Counted from the first letter of the stretch, positions 20,551 to 31,450 are shown. The stretch is 64,000 nt of DNA from a virus (IMGVR_UViG_3300021255_002485:32001-96000), one strand, 5' to 3'. Numbers and translations: made by a program. The notes: generated by a model not told the origin, from the sequence alone.

Positions 20551-20973
20551 GTGGCTACCGTAAGCTTTGTATCAACCTCCTCGGATAAATTAAATAAACT
20601 TGCTGTAAAAAATGGACAAATGATATTTGTGCAAGATGAACGTGCCATATATATGGATAATAATGGCGTTAGGACATCTTATCAGCAAATAATCACACTG
20701 AACACAGAAGCAGCAAGGACTTCATTAGCTTATCCGCTGAGAGGATTCTATTTTATCAAAGAAACATTACAACTGTGGGAATATGATTCGGGTTGGACTC
20801 AAATCACTCAAACTCCCAAACAACAGATTGTTTTTGATTCTTACGCAAACTTCCCACATCCCGGTGATCCAGAAGTAATATATATTGATGAAACCAATAT
20901 GTATAGATACATAAATGGACAATATCAACGTATGAACTCTTCTTCTGGCGGGTCTATATGGGTGGAAATATAA
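20551..20973 (+). CDS. Tail adaptor-like protein, paralogous to ORF 14823
   Basis: GTG start with AAGGAGG RBS; DKLNKLAVKNGQMIFVQD. Confidence 0.5.
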   Translation: MATVSFVSTSSDKLNKLAVKNGQMIFVQDERAIYMDNNGVRTSYQQIITLNTEAARTSLAYPLRGFYFIKETLQLWEYDSGWTQITQTPKQQIVFDSYANFPHPGDPEVIYIDETNMYRYINGQYQRMNSSSGGSIWVEI

Positions 20974-20984
20974 GTAAGGTAACT

Positions 20985-21009
20985 AAGCACCATAACAAGG
21001 TGCTTTTTT
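20985..21009 (+). terminator. Rho-independent terminator
   Basis: AAGCACC-ataacaa-GGTGCTT followed by TTTT. Confidence 0.65.
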
Positions 21010-21035
21010 AATGCATTAAGAAAGGAGCCAAAATT

Positions 21036-22508
21036 ATGGCAAACGTAAATTTTTATGATGTACTCGCAAAGGACGGTCAGACAGCAGCTGAGAGATTCGC
21101 TGGTCTTACAAAGGATGGCGGTTCGTTCTACACAGTAGGTACAGACATCTATCTTGGCGATCAGAAGCTGAATAATGCAGCTGATCTTGCTACGGCTATA
21201 GCTAATATCGCGCAGAACGCTGCTGATATTGCCAACATCAATGCTACTCTTACGAAGCTTGAGAATACCGAATCTACAAGTGGTTCTATCAGAAATATCA
21301 TAAAGGGATATCTCGATGGACTTAATGGTGGTGCTGCCGTTGCTTCACAGTCTGGAAAGGCTATAACTATAGCTAGTTCTATAGCCGAGGTTGGTGGTGT
21401 TATCAGCGTAACTGGTGCTCCTATCACTCTTGCTGACGTTGCATCAACAGGCGCAGCTGAGGACGTATCTTATGATAATAGCGATTCTGGTCTTACTGCT
21501 ACTTCTGTACAGGCGGCAATCGACGAAGTTGCTAATCAGAGTGCAGGCGGAGTAGGCTCAAAGACAATTTATCTTCAGGACGAGTCTGCTGGACAGGCTG
21601 ATTATGCAAAGGTTTATAAGGTGTATCAAGGTGCAGATGCTTCTGATATGTCAGAGAATACTCTTGTTGGAACAATCAACATTCCCAAGGATCTCGTTGT
21701 TCAGAGCGGTCATATCGTAACTGTTGAATCGGGACAGGATTCCGATGGTGATTCTACAACTGTAGCAGATGGTAAATACATCAAGCTTGTGATTCAGAAT
21801 CAGACTGATCCTCTGTACATCAACGTTGCTGATCTTGTTGATGAGTATACTGCTGCTCAGAATGCTCCTCAAGTTCAGCTTGCTATATCTGCTACAAATG
21901 AGATAAGCGCAACTATCGTAGCTGGCTCTATCACTGCTACAGAACTTGCTGCTGATGCAGTTACAACCGCAAAGATCCTTGACGCTAACGTAACAAAGGC
22001 TAAGCTTGCACAGAGCGTTCAGAATAGCCTTGATGCGGCTGATAGCGCAGTTCAGAGTGTTACAGAAGGTGCTACCGCAGGTACAATCTCCGTTGATGGT
22101 ACTGATGTAGCTGTACACGGTCTTGCTAATGTAGCTACAAGTGGTGCAGCAACTGATGTTGTATATAGTTCTATTCTCTCTGTAGGTGGTGCTATTGACG
22201 ATATCTATACACAGCTTGGTGGAAGCGGTTCTGTAGCTCAGCAGATAGAGGATGCTATAAACGAACTTGATGGTTCTGCTGCGATCGCTACAAAGAGTGG
22301 TAATGCCGTAACCATTAAGGCAGGAGTAACTGAGACGGACGGTGTTATTTCTAATGCCGCTGGTACTGATATAACACTTGCTGACGTAGCTGTTACCGGA
22401 ACCGCTGCTGATGTGGCCATAGCTGACTCAGGTAACTACTTCGCTACTGATACTGTCGAGGATGCTCTTCAGGCCATTGCATTGCGCCTCACATGGCAGG
22501 AGGTATAA
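21036..22508 (+). CDS. Fibre-like structural protein with internal repeats
   Basis: Ala/Thr/Asp-rich; repeated LADVA.TG.A.DV units; DAVTTAKILDANVTKAKL; biased GCT/ACA codon use. Confidence 0.6.
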   Translation: MANVNFYDVLAKDGQTAAERFAGLTKDGGSFYTVGTDIYLGDQKLNNAADLATAIANIAQNAADIANINATLTKLENTESTSGSIRNIIKGYLDGLNGGAAVASQSGKAITIASSIAEVGGVISVTGAPITLADVASTGAAEDVSYDNSDSGLTATSVQAAIDEVANQSAGGVGSKTIYLQDESAGQADYAKVYKVYQGADASDMSENTLVGTINIPKDLVVQSGHIVTVESGQDSDGDSTTVADGKYIKLVIQNQTDPLYINVADLVDEYTAAQNAPQVQLAISATNEISATIVAGSITATELAADAVTTAKILDANVTKAKLAQSVQNSLDAADSAVQSVTEGATAGTISVDGTDVAVHGLANVATSGAATDVVYSSILSVGGAIDDIYTQLGGSGSVAQQIEDAINELDGSAAIATKSGNAVTIKAGVTETDGVISNAAGTDITLADVAVTGTAADVAIADSGNYFATDTVEDALQAIALRLTWQEV

Positions 22509-22534
22509 TTCCTATCTGTATTATAGGATATAAT

Positions 22535-22564
22535 GGAGAGGGTTGATCCCCTCTCCTATTTTTT
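22535..22564 (+). terminator. Rho-independent terminator
   Basis: GGAGAGGG...CCCTCTCC followed by a T-tract. Confidence 0.7.
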
Positions 22565-22728
22565 GAAAAGGGAGATGATAATCGTGGAGAAAGAGGAAAT
22601 TGACTACAAGGAATTTATAAAAAGATTGAATCTGCCGGACGATAAAATCTCACTTTTATTGTATGACTTATATAAATATGATTTAGCAGAAGATAAAAAG
22701 GAAAATATGGATAGGAGTATGTCAGACA

Positions 22729-23220
22729 ATGAGCAGCATGATTGATTTAATCGAGGCAGTGTCAGAATCTCCGTTCACTTCAGTAATAGCTATCTTGCTT
22801 TTTATCGCAGCTATTAAAGGATTGTATGAATTTGTCAAATGGATCAAAACTGAATTGAACGCATGGTATCTGAATAAGAATACTGAAGATAAAAAGGAAG
22901 AAAATATAGACCAGAGAATAGAAAAACTAGAAACGGAGAACTCTTTACAGTTTGAAAAGCTGCAATCGCTTGAAGATTCTATGATAATTGTAAATGATAC
23001 ACTAGCAAATATACAGGAAAACATGAGATTACAAACAGTTGTGTCCCTTCGAGCTGAAATCCTTCGTATCTGGCATGAAGTTGTAGCCCAAGGATATATC
23101 ACACAAGCTCAATATGAGGTTTTTCAAGGATTGAGTGAAGTATATTTGGAAAATAAAGGAAATGGTCTATTTAGAAATAAAATCATACCGGAAATTGAGA
23201 AATTGGAAGTCCGGGATTAG
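22729..23220 (+). CDS. Membrane protein with one TM helix and a coiled coil (holin/spanin-like)
   Basis: FTSVIAILLFIAAIKG helix; C-terminal Y...KGNG motif common in phage holin-like proteins. Confidence 0.5.
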   Translation: MSSMIDLIEAVSESPFTSVIAILLFIAAIKGLYEFVKWIKTELNAWYLNKNTEDKKEENIDQRIEKLETENSLQFEKLQSLEDSMIIVNDTLANIQENMRLQTVVSLRAEILRIWHEVVAQGYITQAQYEVFQGLSEVYLENKGNGLFRNKIIPEIEKLEVRD

Positions 23221-23226
23221 GAAATT

Positions 23227-23264
23227 AGGATTATCTTGTTATATTACGGGGTAATCCTTTTTTT
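23227..23264 (+). terminator. Terminator of the late operon
   Basis: AGGATTATCTTGT...ACGGGGTAATCCT followed by a T-tract. Confidence 0.75.
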
Positions 23265-23327
23265 ACGGTTCAATTTGTGATATACTGAAAATCCTTCGTT
23301 TTATTGACAGAACTGTCATAGGAAATT

Positions 23328-23353
23328 CGGTGGGCTTCGGTCTGCCGTTTTTT
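23328..23353 (+). terminator. cUUCGg-capped terminator
   Basis: CGGTGGGC-TTCG-GTCTGCCG followed by TTTTTT. Confidence 0.75.
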
Positions 23354-23458
23354 CTTTATCCTTCGTTTAAGGCGGTTCTCGTCCATTTTAAGACGTTTTT
23401 GTGTTTCAGGGTATATTTGTTAGATTTGAATATTAGAAAACTCTCTACGTCGATTCGA

Positions 23459-23618
23459 GAGGTGACCAAGGAGGTGACTAAAGAATATCGAAGTCGCAAA
23501 CCCCCTTTCTTACTGATGTTTTTTAGTGGAGTAGACGGGAGTCGAATTTTTCTACACCCTCTAAACCCTTGAAAATACTACATTCTTGTTTCCCATTTGG
23601 AGGTGACCAGAGGTGACC
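23459..23618. other. attP: attP: arm-type repeats flanking a core identical to a tmRNA/tRNA-Ala-type 3' end
   Basis: GAGGTGAC(C/T) at 23459, 23471, 23600 and 23610; core 23526-23546 reads TTCGACTCCCGTCTACTCCAC on the minus strand (T-loop plus acceptor 3' half); adjacent to the integrase stop codon. Confidence 0.8.
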
Positions 23619-24829
23619 TACTGTACTGCTTTTAAGAATTCTTCCGTATACTTCTTAAACTCCACATCACGCTTGTAACTCATAGTGGTCGATAAATTAA
23701 GATGTCCGCTATTTCGTTGTACAATGTTATCTGGTATTCCAGCCTCCAAACTTGCTGATATAACAAATCTTCGTGTGTCATGTGATGTATGAGGCTCTAT
23801 ACCTATAGCTTGGCAATATTTCTGAATATGTTCATTGTAATGATTAGTATTCAGCGGATGCCCTAAATGATTTACGCAAATTAGCTCATCATTTAGATTC
23901 AATTCCCGTAAGCGTTCTAATGCCCATATCGCATTATCTGATAACGGTAATGTTCTATTGCCTTTTGCGTCCTTAGCCTTGGTATGCTTCAACACCACTT
24001 GTTTGTTTTTTCCATCATCCTGCCGTCGCTTAACCATCTGCTTATGAATGAATATCGTCCGTTTAACCCGATCATAATCATCCCATGTCAATGCTTTAAT
24101 CTCGCCTACTCGACAACCTAAACTGAATTGTAAGATAAGGATCAAAGCATACACATCATCTGGCTTCGTCAGTAAATATTCAATCAGAGTCTTCTTCTCT
24201 TCGGTACTGAAATAATCTTTTTTTCTGATTTCTCCAACGCCAAAGGTTAAATTTTTAGTAGAAATGTTCTTGGATATATTAAGCGGAACGATATTGTTAC
24301 CTACTGCGTAGTCGTAAACCTCATTGATAATGGATTTAACGTTTGTAAAACATCTTCTCGTCATAATGCCATCTCCTACTAATTCTCTGTAGAACATTAG
24401 AAGTTCGTATGATGTTATTTCTTCAATAGGTTTATTTGCGATTTTTGAATCTTTAAGATATTTATTCCAATCAGATAGGTTCCGGGAAATGGTTTCAGAG
24501 GATCTAAACTTTCGTTTATCTTTAATCCACTTTTCAAACAAACTGCTTATATTTGGCGGCTTCTCTATTTTATCCAGATAGTATTCATACAGCTTTTCAT
24601 ATAGCGACGCTTGATTTTTTGCTGTAATAGCTCGTCCGTCTGGCAGTTTAGTTTGTTTGAGACCGTTTTTTCTCGTACAAATCGCATAATGATGGTATTC
24701 ATTTATTATTTTTTCAATGTTCGCATCTCTCATCTCACAAATATTTGCGACTTCGATATCTGATATTGTATCATCATCAAGTAAATTTTCCAAATATTCT
24801 ATGCGAGAGATGATTTTTTGAACATTCAA
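23618..24829 (-). CDS. int: Tyrosine integrase
   Basis: LGCRVGEI, KHTK, SHDTRR, SGH and TMSY catalytic R-K-H-R-H-Y set; next to attP; TTG start with AAGGAGG RBS. Confidence 0.92.
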   Translation of the reverse strand: MNVQKIISRIEYLENLLDDDTISDIEVANICEMRDANIEKIINEYHHYAICTRKNGLKQTKLPDGRAITAKNQASLYEKLYEYYLDKIEKPPNISSLFEKWIKDKRKFRSSETISRNLSDWNKYLKDSKIANKPIEEITSYELLMFYRELVGDGIMTRRCFTNVKSIINEVYDYAVGNNIVPLNISKNISTKNLTFGVGEIRKKDYFSTEEKKTLIEYLLTKPDDVYALILILQFSLGCRVGEIKALTWDDYDRVKRTIFIHKQMVKRRQDDGKNKQVVLKHTKAKDAKGNRTLPLSDNAIWALERLRELNLNDELICVNHLGHPLNTNHYNEHIQKYCQAIGIEPHTSHDTRRFVISASLEAGIPDNIVQRNSGHLNLSTTMSYKRDVEFKKYTEEFLKAVQ

Positions 24830-27800
24830 TTATTCCTCCTTTTCCGTGAACGCTTCACAATGACCATCCTTATCCACTTCCTGTATCCATCCATCACCCT
24901 CCCTTATGTGGAGAAGTACATCACAAGCGTAGGAATGCTCAAAACCGTACATTTTTGTAAAGTTATGCTTTAACGGATGGGAGTATTTACAGTTTTTGCA
25001 TTTATCGGTCATGTCTCCTCCTGTATCTGCTTCAACACTTCCTCTATAGCGTCAAAGTGTCTGCCTGTCTTTGTAACATCATTCTTATGAAGTGATTGTG
25101 GCACATCATACGCATTATTTAATACGCTGATTTCTTCATGGTATTTTGATTTACCTACGACAACACCTTTTACTCCGTCCCTATATACTACCTCATCCCC
25201 GACCTTTATCTCATCCTGCTTCTCTCCTATTGCTTCCAGTTTGGCTATGGCTTCTGATGCCGAATTACAACCAAATATATCAGTATCACCGCATTCATTG
25301 AATATTCGATATTGCTCTTGGATGGTCATTATTGATATCCTCCTTGCCGCTTCCCATGCCTCATTTAGTCCTCTCTCATATTCAGCTTCGAGTAAGTCCT
25401 TATCATAATCTACTATCATTTGAGCTGACTTGCTTTCCCCATTCTTCCGGGCTTCATAACCCTGTTTATATCCTCTCTCGTAATCGGAAGATTCATACTT
25501 TTCGCCTCTAATAACTGCACCATACCCACCACTTGCATTACAGTCGTTCCTCGGATATTCATGCTCCCAAGGGAGCGTATACGGTTCATCATAAGGGCTA
25601 ATATCGGCAGCTTTGACAGATTCCTCTGTGGCTTTGTGAGGATCTGTAGCAGGGACTAAATCATCTTCCTCATACCATCCCATACTTGACCCGTTTTTGA
25701 CTATCTCACACTGATATACTCCAACATCAGATACTCTATATACAGTTCCTAACCCGTCCTTCAACTTTACTTTATCTCCTATTTTGAATTTCATTCTTCT
25801 ACCTCCTCATATTTTCCAATCAAACACCGGAGCATCATACAACAAGATGATAATATCGCCTGATGTATATGTGATAGTGCAAGTCATTCTTCTACCTCCT
25901 GATCTGTAGATTTTGTAACAAAATCAATAATTCTAAGGACCGAATCAATATGACTTGCAATACTTTCTAATTCGTCTCTTCTGCTTCGAATGCTGTTAGC
26001 TTTTTTAGCCATATTATAGAATGGTTCAATATTTAATTCGTCTCCTACATCTACTTTGAATTCATCGCTGTAGTGAGAATATAATCCTTGAAGATTCGCA
26101 ATTTCATCTCTTGTCGCCGCTATGATATAACCATCTTCACTTTTTCCTATCACTTTCATTCTTCCTGCTCCTTATCTGCATCTATTATTGTTGGTGCAAA
26201 ACATTCTATAGATCCATCATCCCAAGCAAATGTGCCTGTTACCTGTGATTCATCTATAATCCGTCCGTGACCTTTTGGAAGAGGTGTACTGTTCATCAAC
26301 GCATCTTTCATTTCCATACAAGATAATGCCGTCCATTGTTCCAATTCAAAATCTTTCTTTAACCCTTCAGGTATCTTAATTACTAATTCTATATCTGCCA
26401 TATTCATTCCCCACTTTCTCTCCACACTTCCCTTAATTCAGCACCACAATAACAAGGTCTATGGTCTATAATACTCACAGTTAATCTACATCTAACATCA
26501 TCAATAATATCCTTTGAATAAGATATATCCTGCTTCAGTTCTCCTCTTATCCTCTCTTCCATTAATAAATCTGCTAATATATCTGGTGTAAGTGGAGTGC
26601 CGTTCTTAATTGCGTTGTAAGTTCGGTCATCTAAAATACCACTATATTCTCCATTTTGAATCGCCACCCAGATACTTTTGGGTATCTTAATTGCTAACTT
26701 TACATCTGACATTTGTTTATTCCTCACTTTCCTTATATCAACGATTATGGTCTATAAGGTCATCAACAGACCTTTGTTTATCTGGCGGAAATTTATCATA
26801 ATTGTCTTCCAACCATTTTTTCTGTTCATCCGAAAGATATATAATCTTGTCATTATCATCTAAATGACCAATAAGTCCGTACACATCACGTGCTCTTACA
26901 ATGATATAACCTAATTTCTGTAGATATTTTTCGCATGTAATACCATTCTTGTGTGCGTATTCACTATTAAGTTTTTCAGCAATTTCTTTTGCTAAATCAA
27001 GATGTTCATAGCTTTCACATTCTATAAAACTACCATTTGGGCTTAAAATGCCTGTGTAGTTCATATCTATTTTTTCCTTTCTTTTTTGTATTTGTTGATG
27101 ATATTAAGTACAATATTTATCCCTGCTTCAAAACATTCAACATCCCTTATATGACCGTTAATTTCAATTTGCTCTATCTCAGATCTTATCTTGTCCAGTA
27201 CATCATTCTTTCCGTCCTTGTATCCTTGCATATAATTCTGTTCTTTAGTCATAGATTTTATTTCGATTTCAGATATTTCTGTCATTCCTTATTCCTCACT
27301 TTCTATTCACATAAGCTCCAACAATGCTTATCATTAAAGCAATTATGGATATAATTAAAGCTGTCATTCCTTATCCTCACTTTCTGCCACGATATAATAG
27401 CCATCTGATGTTGTATCGCTTGAAAGAATAATTACAAATCCAGCATTTTCAAGTGCTTCAACAACTTTGTTATAATAATCAGCACTCTTGTTTATTGTCA
27501 GTTCTCCTAATTGTTTTAACATTTTTTATCCTCACTTTCTCATATTTAACCACCAGTTAGATAATTCAGTATAACAATCATTGCACAAATCATGTTCAGA
27601 GTTTTGATTATATGGATTTGTCACAAGATAAAGATTCCGTTTTTCTTTTTCGCTGCATTTCATTTCAAATAGTTTTCCACACCGATCACATTTAAATGCA
27701 TTACTCATTTTCTTTCCTCCTTATTTTCTGCCTGTCTTTGCAAGGCATCATAATAACCTTTTCTATATGCCTTTTCTAATGCACTTACATTTTGTATAGC

Positions 27801-28787
27801 AGTTTCCCATTTTTCTGTTACATCTTCACCATACAATGTATAGTTAATAGCATAAAGATATGCAGTTGCTATTACCATAGGTGGCATCTTTGATAATTCA
27901 TCTATTAGCTGTTTGCTCTCATATTTCCGTATCTTCTGTTCCTTGCTCATCATTCTTCCACCTCCTGCATCTTGCAACCGCAATTAGGGCAATGTGCGTG
28001 TTTCAATGCGTCATTATATCCTTTTAAATATATAGATTGTATAAGGCTTTCTATTGCTTGATTCATTGTATCCGTGGTATCTATTGATTTTTTAAATAGT
28101 TCCTTTACTTCTTCAAAACTCATCTTTTATCCTCCAATGTTCTCGGTTCATTTCCATCCTTCTGCATTCTGCATCTTTGCTCCGCAGTTAGGGCAGAATT
28201 TTGGCTGCCAATCTGACCATACGTCCGCATCCAAATCCTTAAACTTATCCTCACCGCAACAAGGACATATACGGTCTCCATCTGTCCATTTTCCCGTCTT
28301 CTGCTGTGGTGTGACGACTTTTTTAACCTCTTCTATCACTTTGTCTATTTCATCATATTTTTTAGCAAATCCCAAAGCCATGCCAAATTGAAATGCTGTT
28401 GTAATATCTTCATACTTACAAGGTTCTTGCTCTAATGCTTTAATACCCTCTTCCGTGGCGAATTTTATGCCCTCCTCCGTAGAGTAGAGGAAGTATAAGA
28501 ATGCATTATCATGTAGCCACCGTAATGTAGTTATAGCTCTTTCTTTTTCTTCTCTTGTCATATCTTCACTCCTCCACATTCAAATTAAATATATCTTTTA
28601 TGTGCTTGGCACAAAATGTACCACCTACATCACCAAGGTTTGGTAATTTCTCGAATTGGATATTATATAGGTCTTTTGATTCACATTTATATATTCCACA
28701 GTGACAAGGTTCACCACCTAATATCTTTTGGATATGTATGGTCAAATCTCCTCTTGTCATTGGGATATGATTTTTTACGATGTTCAT
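24830..28787 (-). other. Array of about 16 small, translationally coupled accessory ORFs (several Zn-ribbon and KOW-like)
   Basis: ATGA overlaps; ORF-track genes plus sub-60-aa ORFs read by hand: 27296-27367, 27364-27522, 27532-27708, 27950-28123. Confidence 0.75.
25009..25794 (-). CDS. Hypothetical protein with KOW/SH3-like ends
   Basis: MKFKIGDKV and EIKVGDEV motifs. Confidence 0.55.
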   Translation of the reverse strand: MKFKIGDKVKLKDGLGTVYRVSDVGVYQCEIVKNGSSMGWYEEDDLVPATDPHKATEESVKAADISPYDEPYTLPWEHEYPRNDCNASGGYGAVIRGEKYESSDYERGYKQGYEARKNGESKSAQMIVDYDKDLLEAEYERGLNEAWEAARRISIMTIQEQYRIFNECGDTDIFGCNSASEAIAKLEAIGEKQDEIKVGDEVVYRDGVKGVVVGKSKYHEEISVLNNAYDVPQSLHKNDVTKTGRHFDAIEEVLKQIQEET

Positions 28788-28843
28788 ATATCATCACCTC
28801 TCAAATAAAATTAACATTTTATTGTATATTTTAATTATTGCGT

Positions 28844-29209
28844 TTATATTGCACGAATATCTAATTTCTTCATTTCTTTGGCAATATTTTTGTTGATAAT
28901 GTCGTTGATCTTATCATGTGCTCCACTTTCATCGTAATACCATGGACCATAACAACCTTTTGATCCAGCATCGAAAACATCAACTCGGATTTCTCCTGTC
29001 TCCTGCCATAATAGGAGACGGGCTTCAAGGGTTACAGCAGCATGATATCTATATACCGGAAATACGTGTTCATATATAGTTTCATCGTCACTACTCATGC
29101 TACGAACATGTCTAAAAAAATACATATTCAGTTTATACTGATTTGTATCTTTCATCACGTATTTCTTGTCTTTGTCAAATTTTTTCATATCTGTACCTTT
29201 ATAATACAT
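28844..29209 (-). CDS. Hypothetical protein
   Basis: ORF with a GGAGG RBS; no radical-SAM motif. Confidence 0.55.
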   Translation of the reverse strand: MYYKGTDMKKFDKDKKYVMKDTNQYKLNMYFFRHVRSMSSDDETIYEHVFPVYRYHAAVTLEARLLLWQETGEIRVDVFDAGSKGCYGPWYYDESGAHDKINDIINKNIAKEMKKLDIRAI

Positions 29210-29236
29210 CCCGTCCTCCTAATATGTCAACAACTT

Positions 29237-31450
29237 TTAATTATTGTGTTTATCTGTCATGCTATTGGATACATGCAACACTCTATCTTTAATCTCTTCT
29301 GTACGTCCCTGATTCCAGAATTGACTTCCAATATAGCCACATGTACGTCTCGCAACATTTAATTTGCTCTGATCGGTATTATGGCAATTAGGACATTCCC
29401 AATAGAGTTTACCGTTGTCAGCTTCTTTTATCTGGATCTCTCCGTCATATCCGCATACCTGACAGTAATCGCTCTTGGTATTTAGCTCTGCATACATTAT
29501 ATGGTCGTATATGAACTGAATTATAGATAATACGGCTTCTATATTGTTTTGCATGTTGGATGTTTCAACATACGATATGGCTCCTCCGGGAGATAATTTC
29601 TGAAATTCTGCTTCCTTTGCTAATTTATCAAAAGCGTTAATATTTTCTCTTACATTGATATGATAACTATTAGTAATGTAATCATGATCTGTTACATTTT
29701 TTATCACACCAAAACGCTCTCTAAGACACTTCGCAAACTTGTATGTGGTACTCTCAATAGGTGTACCGTATAAAGAATAATCAATATTTTCAGCTTTTTT
29801 CCATTGGTTACATTTATCATTTAGTCTCTGCATTACTTCAAGTCCAAATGGTTTGCCCGTTTTTTCGTCAGTATGACTTACTCCGGTCATATAATAAACA
29901 CATTCATATAATGCTGCATAGCCAAGAGAAAGCGTCATATAACCATCAGTAAGTAATTTACTAATAGATTCCCCTTTTTCTAATCTTGCAAAAGCTCCAT
30001 GTTGCCATAATAAAGGTGCAGCATCCGATGTAATAGAATTTAAGCGTTCATATCTTATTCTTAAAGCTTTATGACATAGTTCAGTACGCTCTTCAAATAA
30101 TTCCCAGAATTTATTAATGTCCTTCTGAGAAGATAATGCAATATCAGCGAGATTAATAGTAACCACCCCGCCATTAAAACGACCATAGTATTTATGTTTA
30201 TTATCATAATTATCAGCATTTGCTATATTCCCCAATTTGTCTGTGAAGCGATCAGGAGTAAGGAAGCTACGACAACCCATGCAAGGATAACAATCACCCT
30301 TGAGATCCAACATAACTTTTTCAGAAATATAATCCGGCACCAATCTTTTTGCAGTACACTGTGCCGCAAGTTTAGTTAGATACCAATATTTTGAATCTTC
30401 ATGTATATTATCTTCTTCTAATACATAAAGAAGTTTAGGGAACGCTTGTGTTATCCATACCCCTTTTTCATTCTTTAATCCTTGTATTCTCTGTTTTAAG
30501 AACTCTTCAATTATCATTGCGAGTTCTTCCTTGTACTCTTCTGTTTCTCCAAGATAGAAATTAACAGACAAAAATGGACTCTGTCCGTTAGCATTCGACA
30601 TACTGTTGCATTGATAATTAAATGTCTGAACTCCAGCTTCGACTTCTTTCTTAATATCAATTTCTGCTAGTTTTATGCAATCTTCTGAAGATAATCCTGC
30701 ATCTTTATACTTCTTAAGAAATATATTATAACTATCACGTACAAAAGGAGCTAAATGAGTAGCAGATATAGTACATCCGCCATACTGACTAGATGAAACT
30801 CCTAAAATGATCTGAGTGGCTATGGTACAAGCTGTTAAGAACCTATGAGGCTTCTCAATCATCACGTTATTTATGACTGTACCGTTCTGAAGCATATCGT
30901 CAAGATTAATTAAACAACAATTATTAAGCGTTTTTTGAAGAAAATAGTCCGCATCATGAAAATGAATTATTCCTTCTTTATGTGCCTCGACGATATCTTG
31001 AGGTAACAACTTCCTCATAGTAATATCGGTACTAACAACTCCTGCAAGATAATCTCTCTGTACTGTTACAATTTTGGCATTTTTATTTGAATTTTCATTA
31101 TTCCAATAATCATTGCGACCATCAACTAATTCTTCAATATCAACGTCTATTGTATTTCCTCTAAGTCTAGTTCTTTCATTTCTGTATGTAATATATGCTC
31201 TGGCTACATCTTTTCTGCTACTTGCCATTAATTTCTTTTCAACTAAATCCTGAAGTTCTTCTACATCACAATCCGTATTACCTTTATTTGCTGCAATACT
31301 TTCAACAATTCTATCTATAATCACCTTATCTTCTTCAGCTATCATATTATCAACCGACATGAAACTTCTATTAAGTGCTCTTCTAATTCTCTCTTTATCA
31401 AATTCCACTTTTCGGCCGTCTCTTTTTCTGACCATATTTCTATACCTCAA
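29237..31450 (-). CDS. nrdD: Anaerobic (class III) ribonucleoside-triphosphate reductase
   Basis: N-terminal ATP cone (VRKRDGR), IHFHD, NCCL, MGCRS, CxxC..CxxC and the RRTCGY glycyl-radical motif. Confidence 0.95.
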   Translation of the reverse strand: MRYRNMVRKRDGRKVEFDKERIRRALNRSFMSVDNMIAEEDKVIIDRIVESIAANKGNTDCDVEELQDLVEKKLMASSRKDVARAYITYRNERTRLRGNTIDVDIEELVDGRNDYWNNENSNKNAKIVTVQRDYLAGVVSTDITMRKLLPQDIVEAHKEGIIHFHDADYFLQKTLNNCCLINLDDMLQNGTVINNVMIEKPHRFLTACTIATQIILGVSSSQYGGCTISATHLAPFVRDSYNIFLKKYKDAGLSSEDCIKLAEIDIKKEVEAGVQTFNYQCNSMSNANGQSPFLSVNFYLGETEEYKEELAMIIEEFLKQRIQGLKNEKGVWITQAFPKLLYVLEEDNIHEDSKYWYLTKLAAQCTAKRLVPDYISEKVMLDLKGDCYPCMGCRSFLTPDRFTDKLGNIANADNYDNKHKYYGRFNGGVVTINLADIALSSQKDINKFWELFEERTELCHKALRIRYERLNSITSDAAPLLWQHGAFARLEKGESISKLLTDGYMTLSLGYAALYECVYYMTGVSHTDEKTGKPFGLEVMQRLNDKCNQWKKAENIDYSLYGTPIESTTYKFAKCLRERFGVIKNVTDHDYITNSYHINVRENINAFDKLAKEAEFQKLSPGGAISYVETSNMQNNIEAVLSIIQFIYDHIMYAELNTKSDYCQVCGYDGEIQIKEADNGKLYWECPNCHNTDQSKLNVARRTCGYIGSQFWNQGRTEEIKDRVLHVSNSMTDKHNN

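Noticed and set aside
10637-22508. Diversity-generating retroelement targeting the fibres
   Set aside because: No reverse transcriptase and no TR/VR pair noticed in the window
23330-23572. 80-aa ORF
   Set aside because: Runs through the terminator and attP; no RBS
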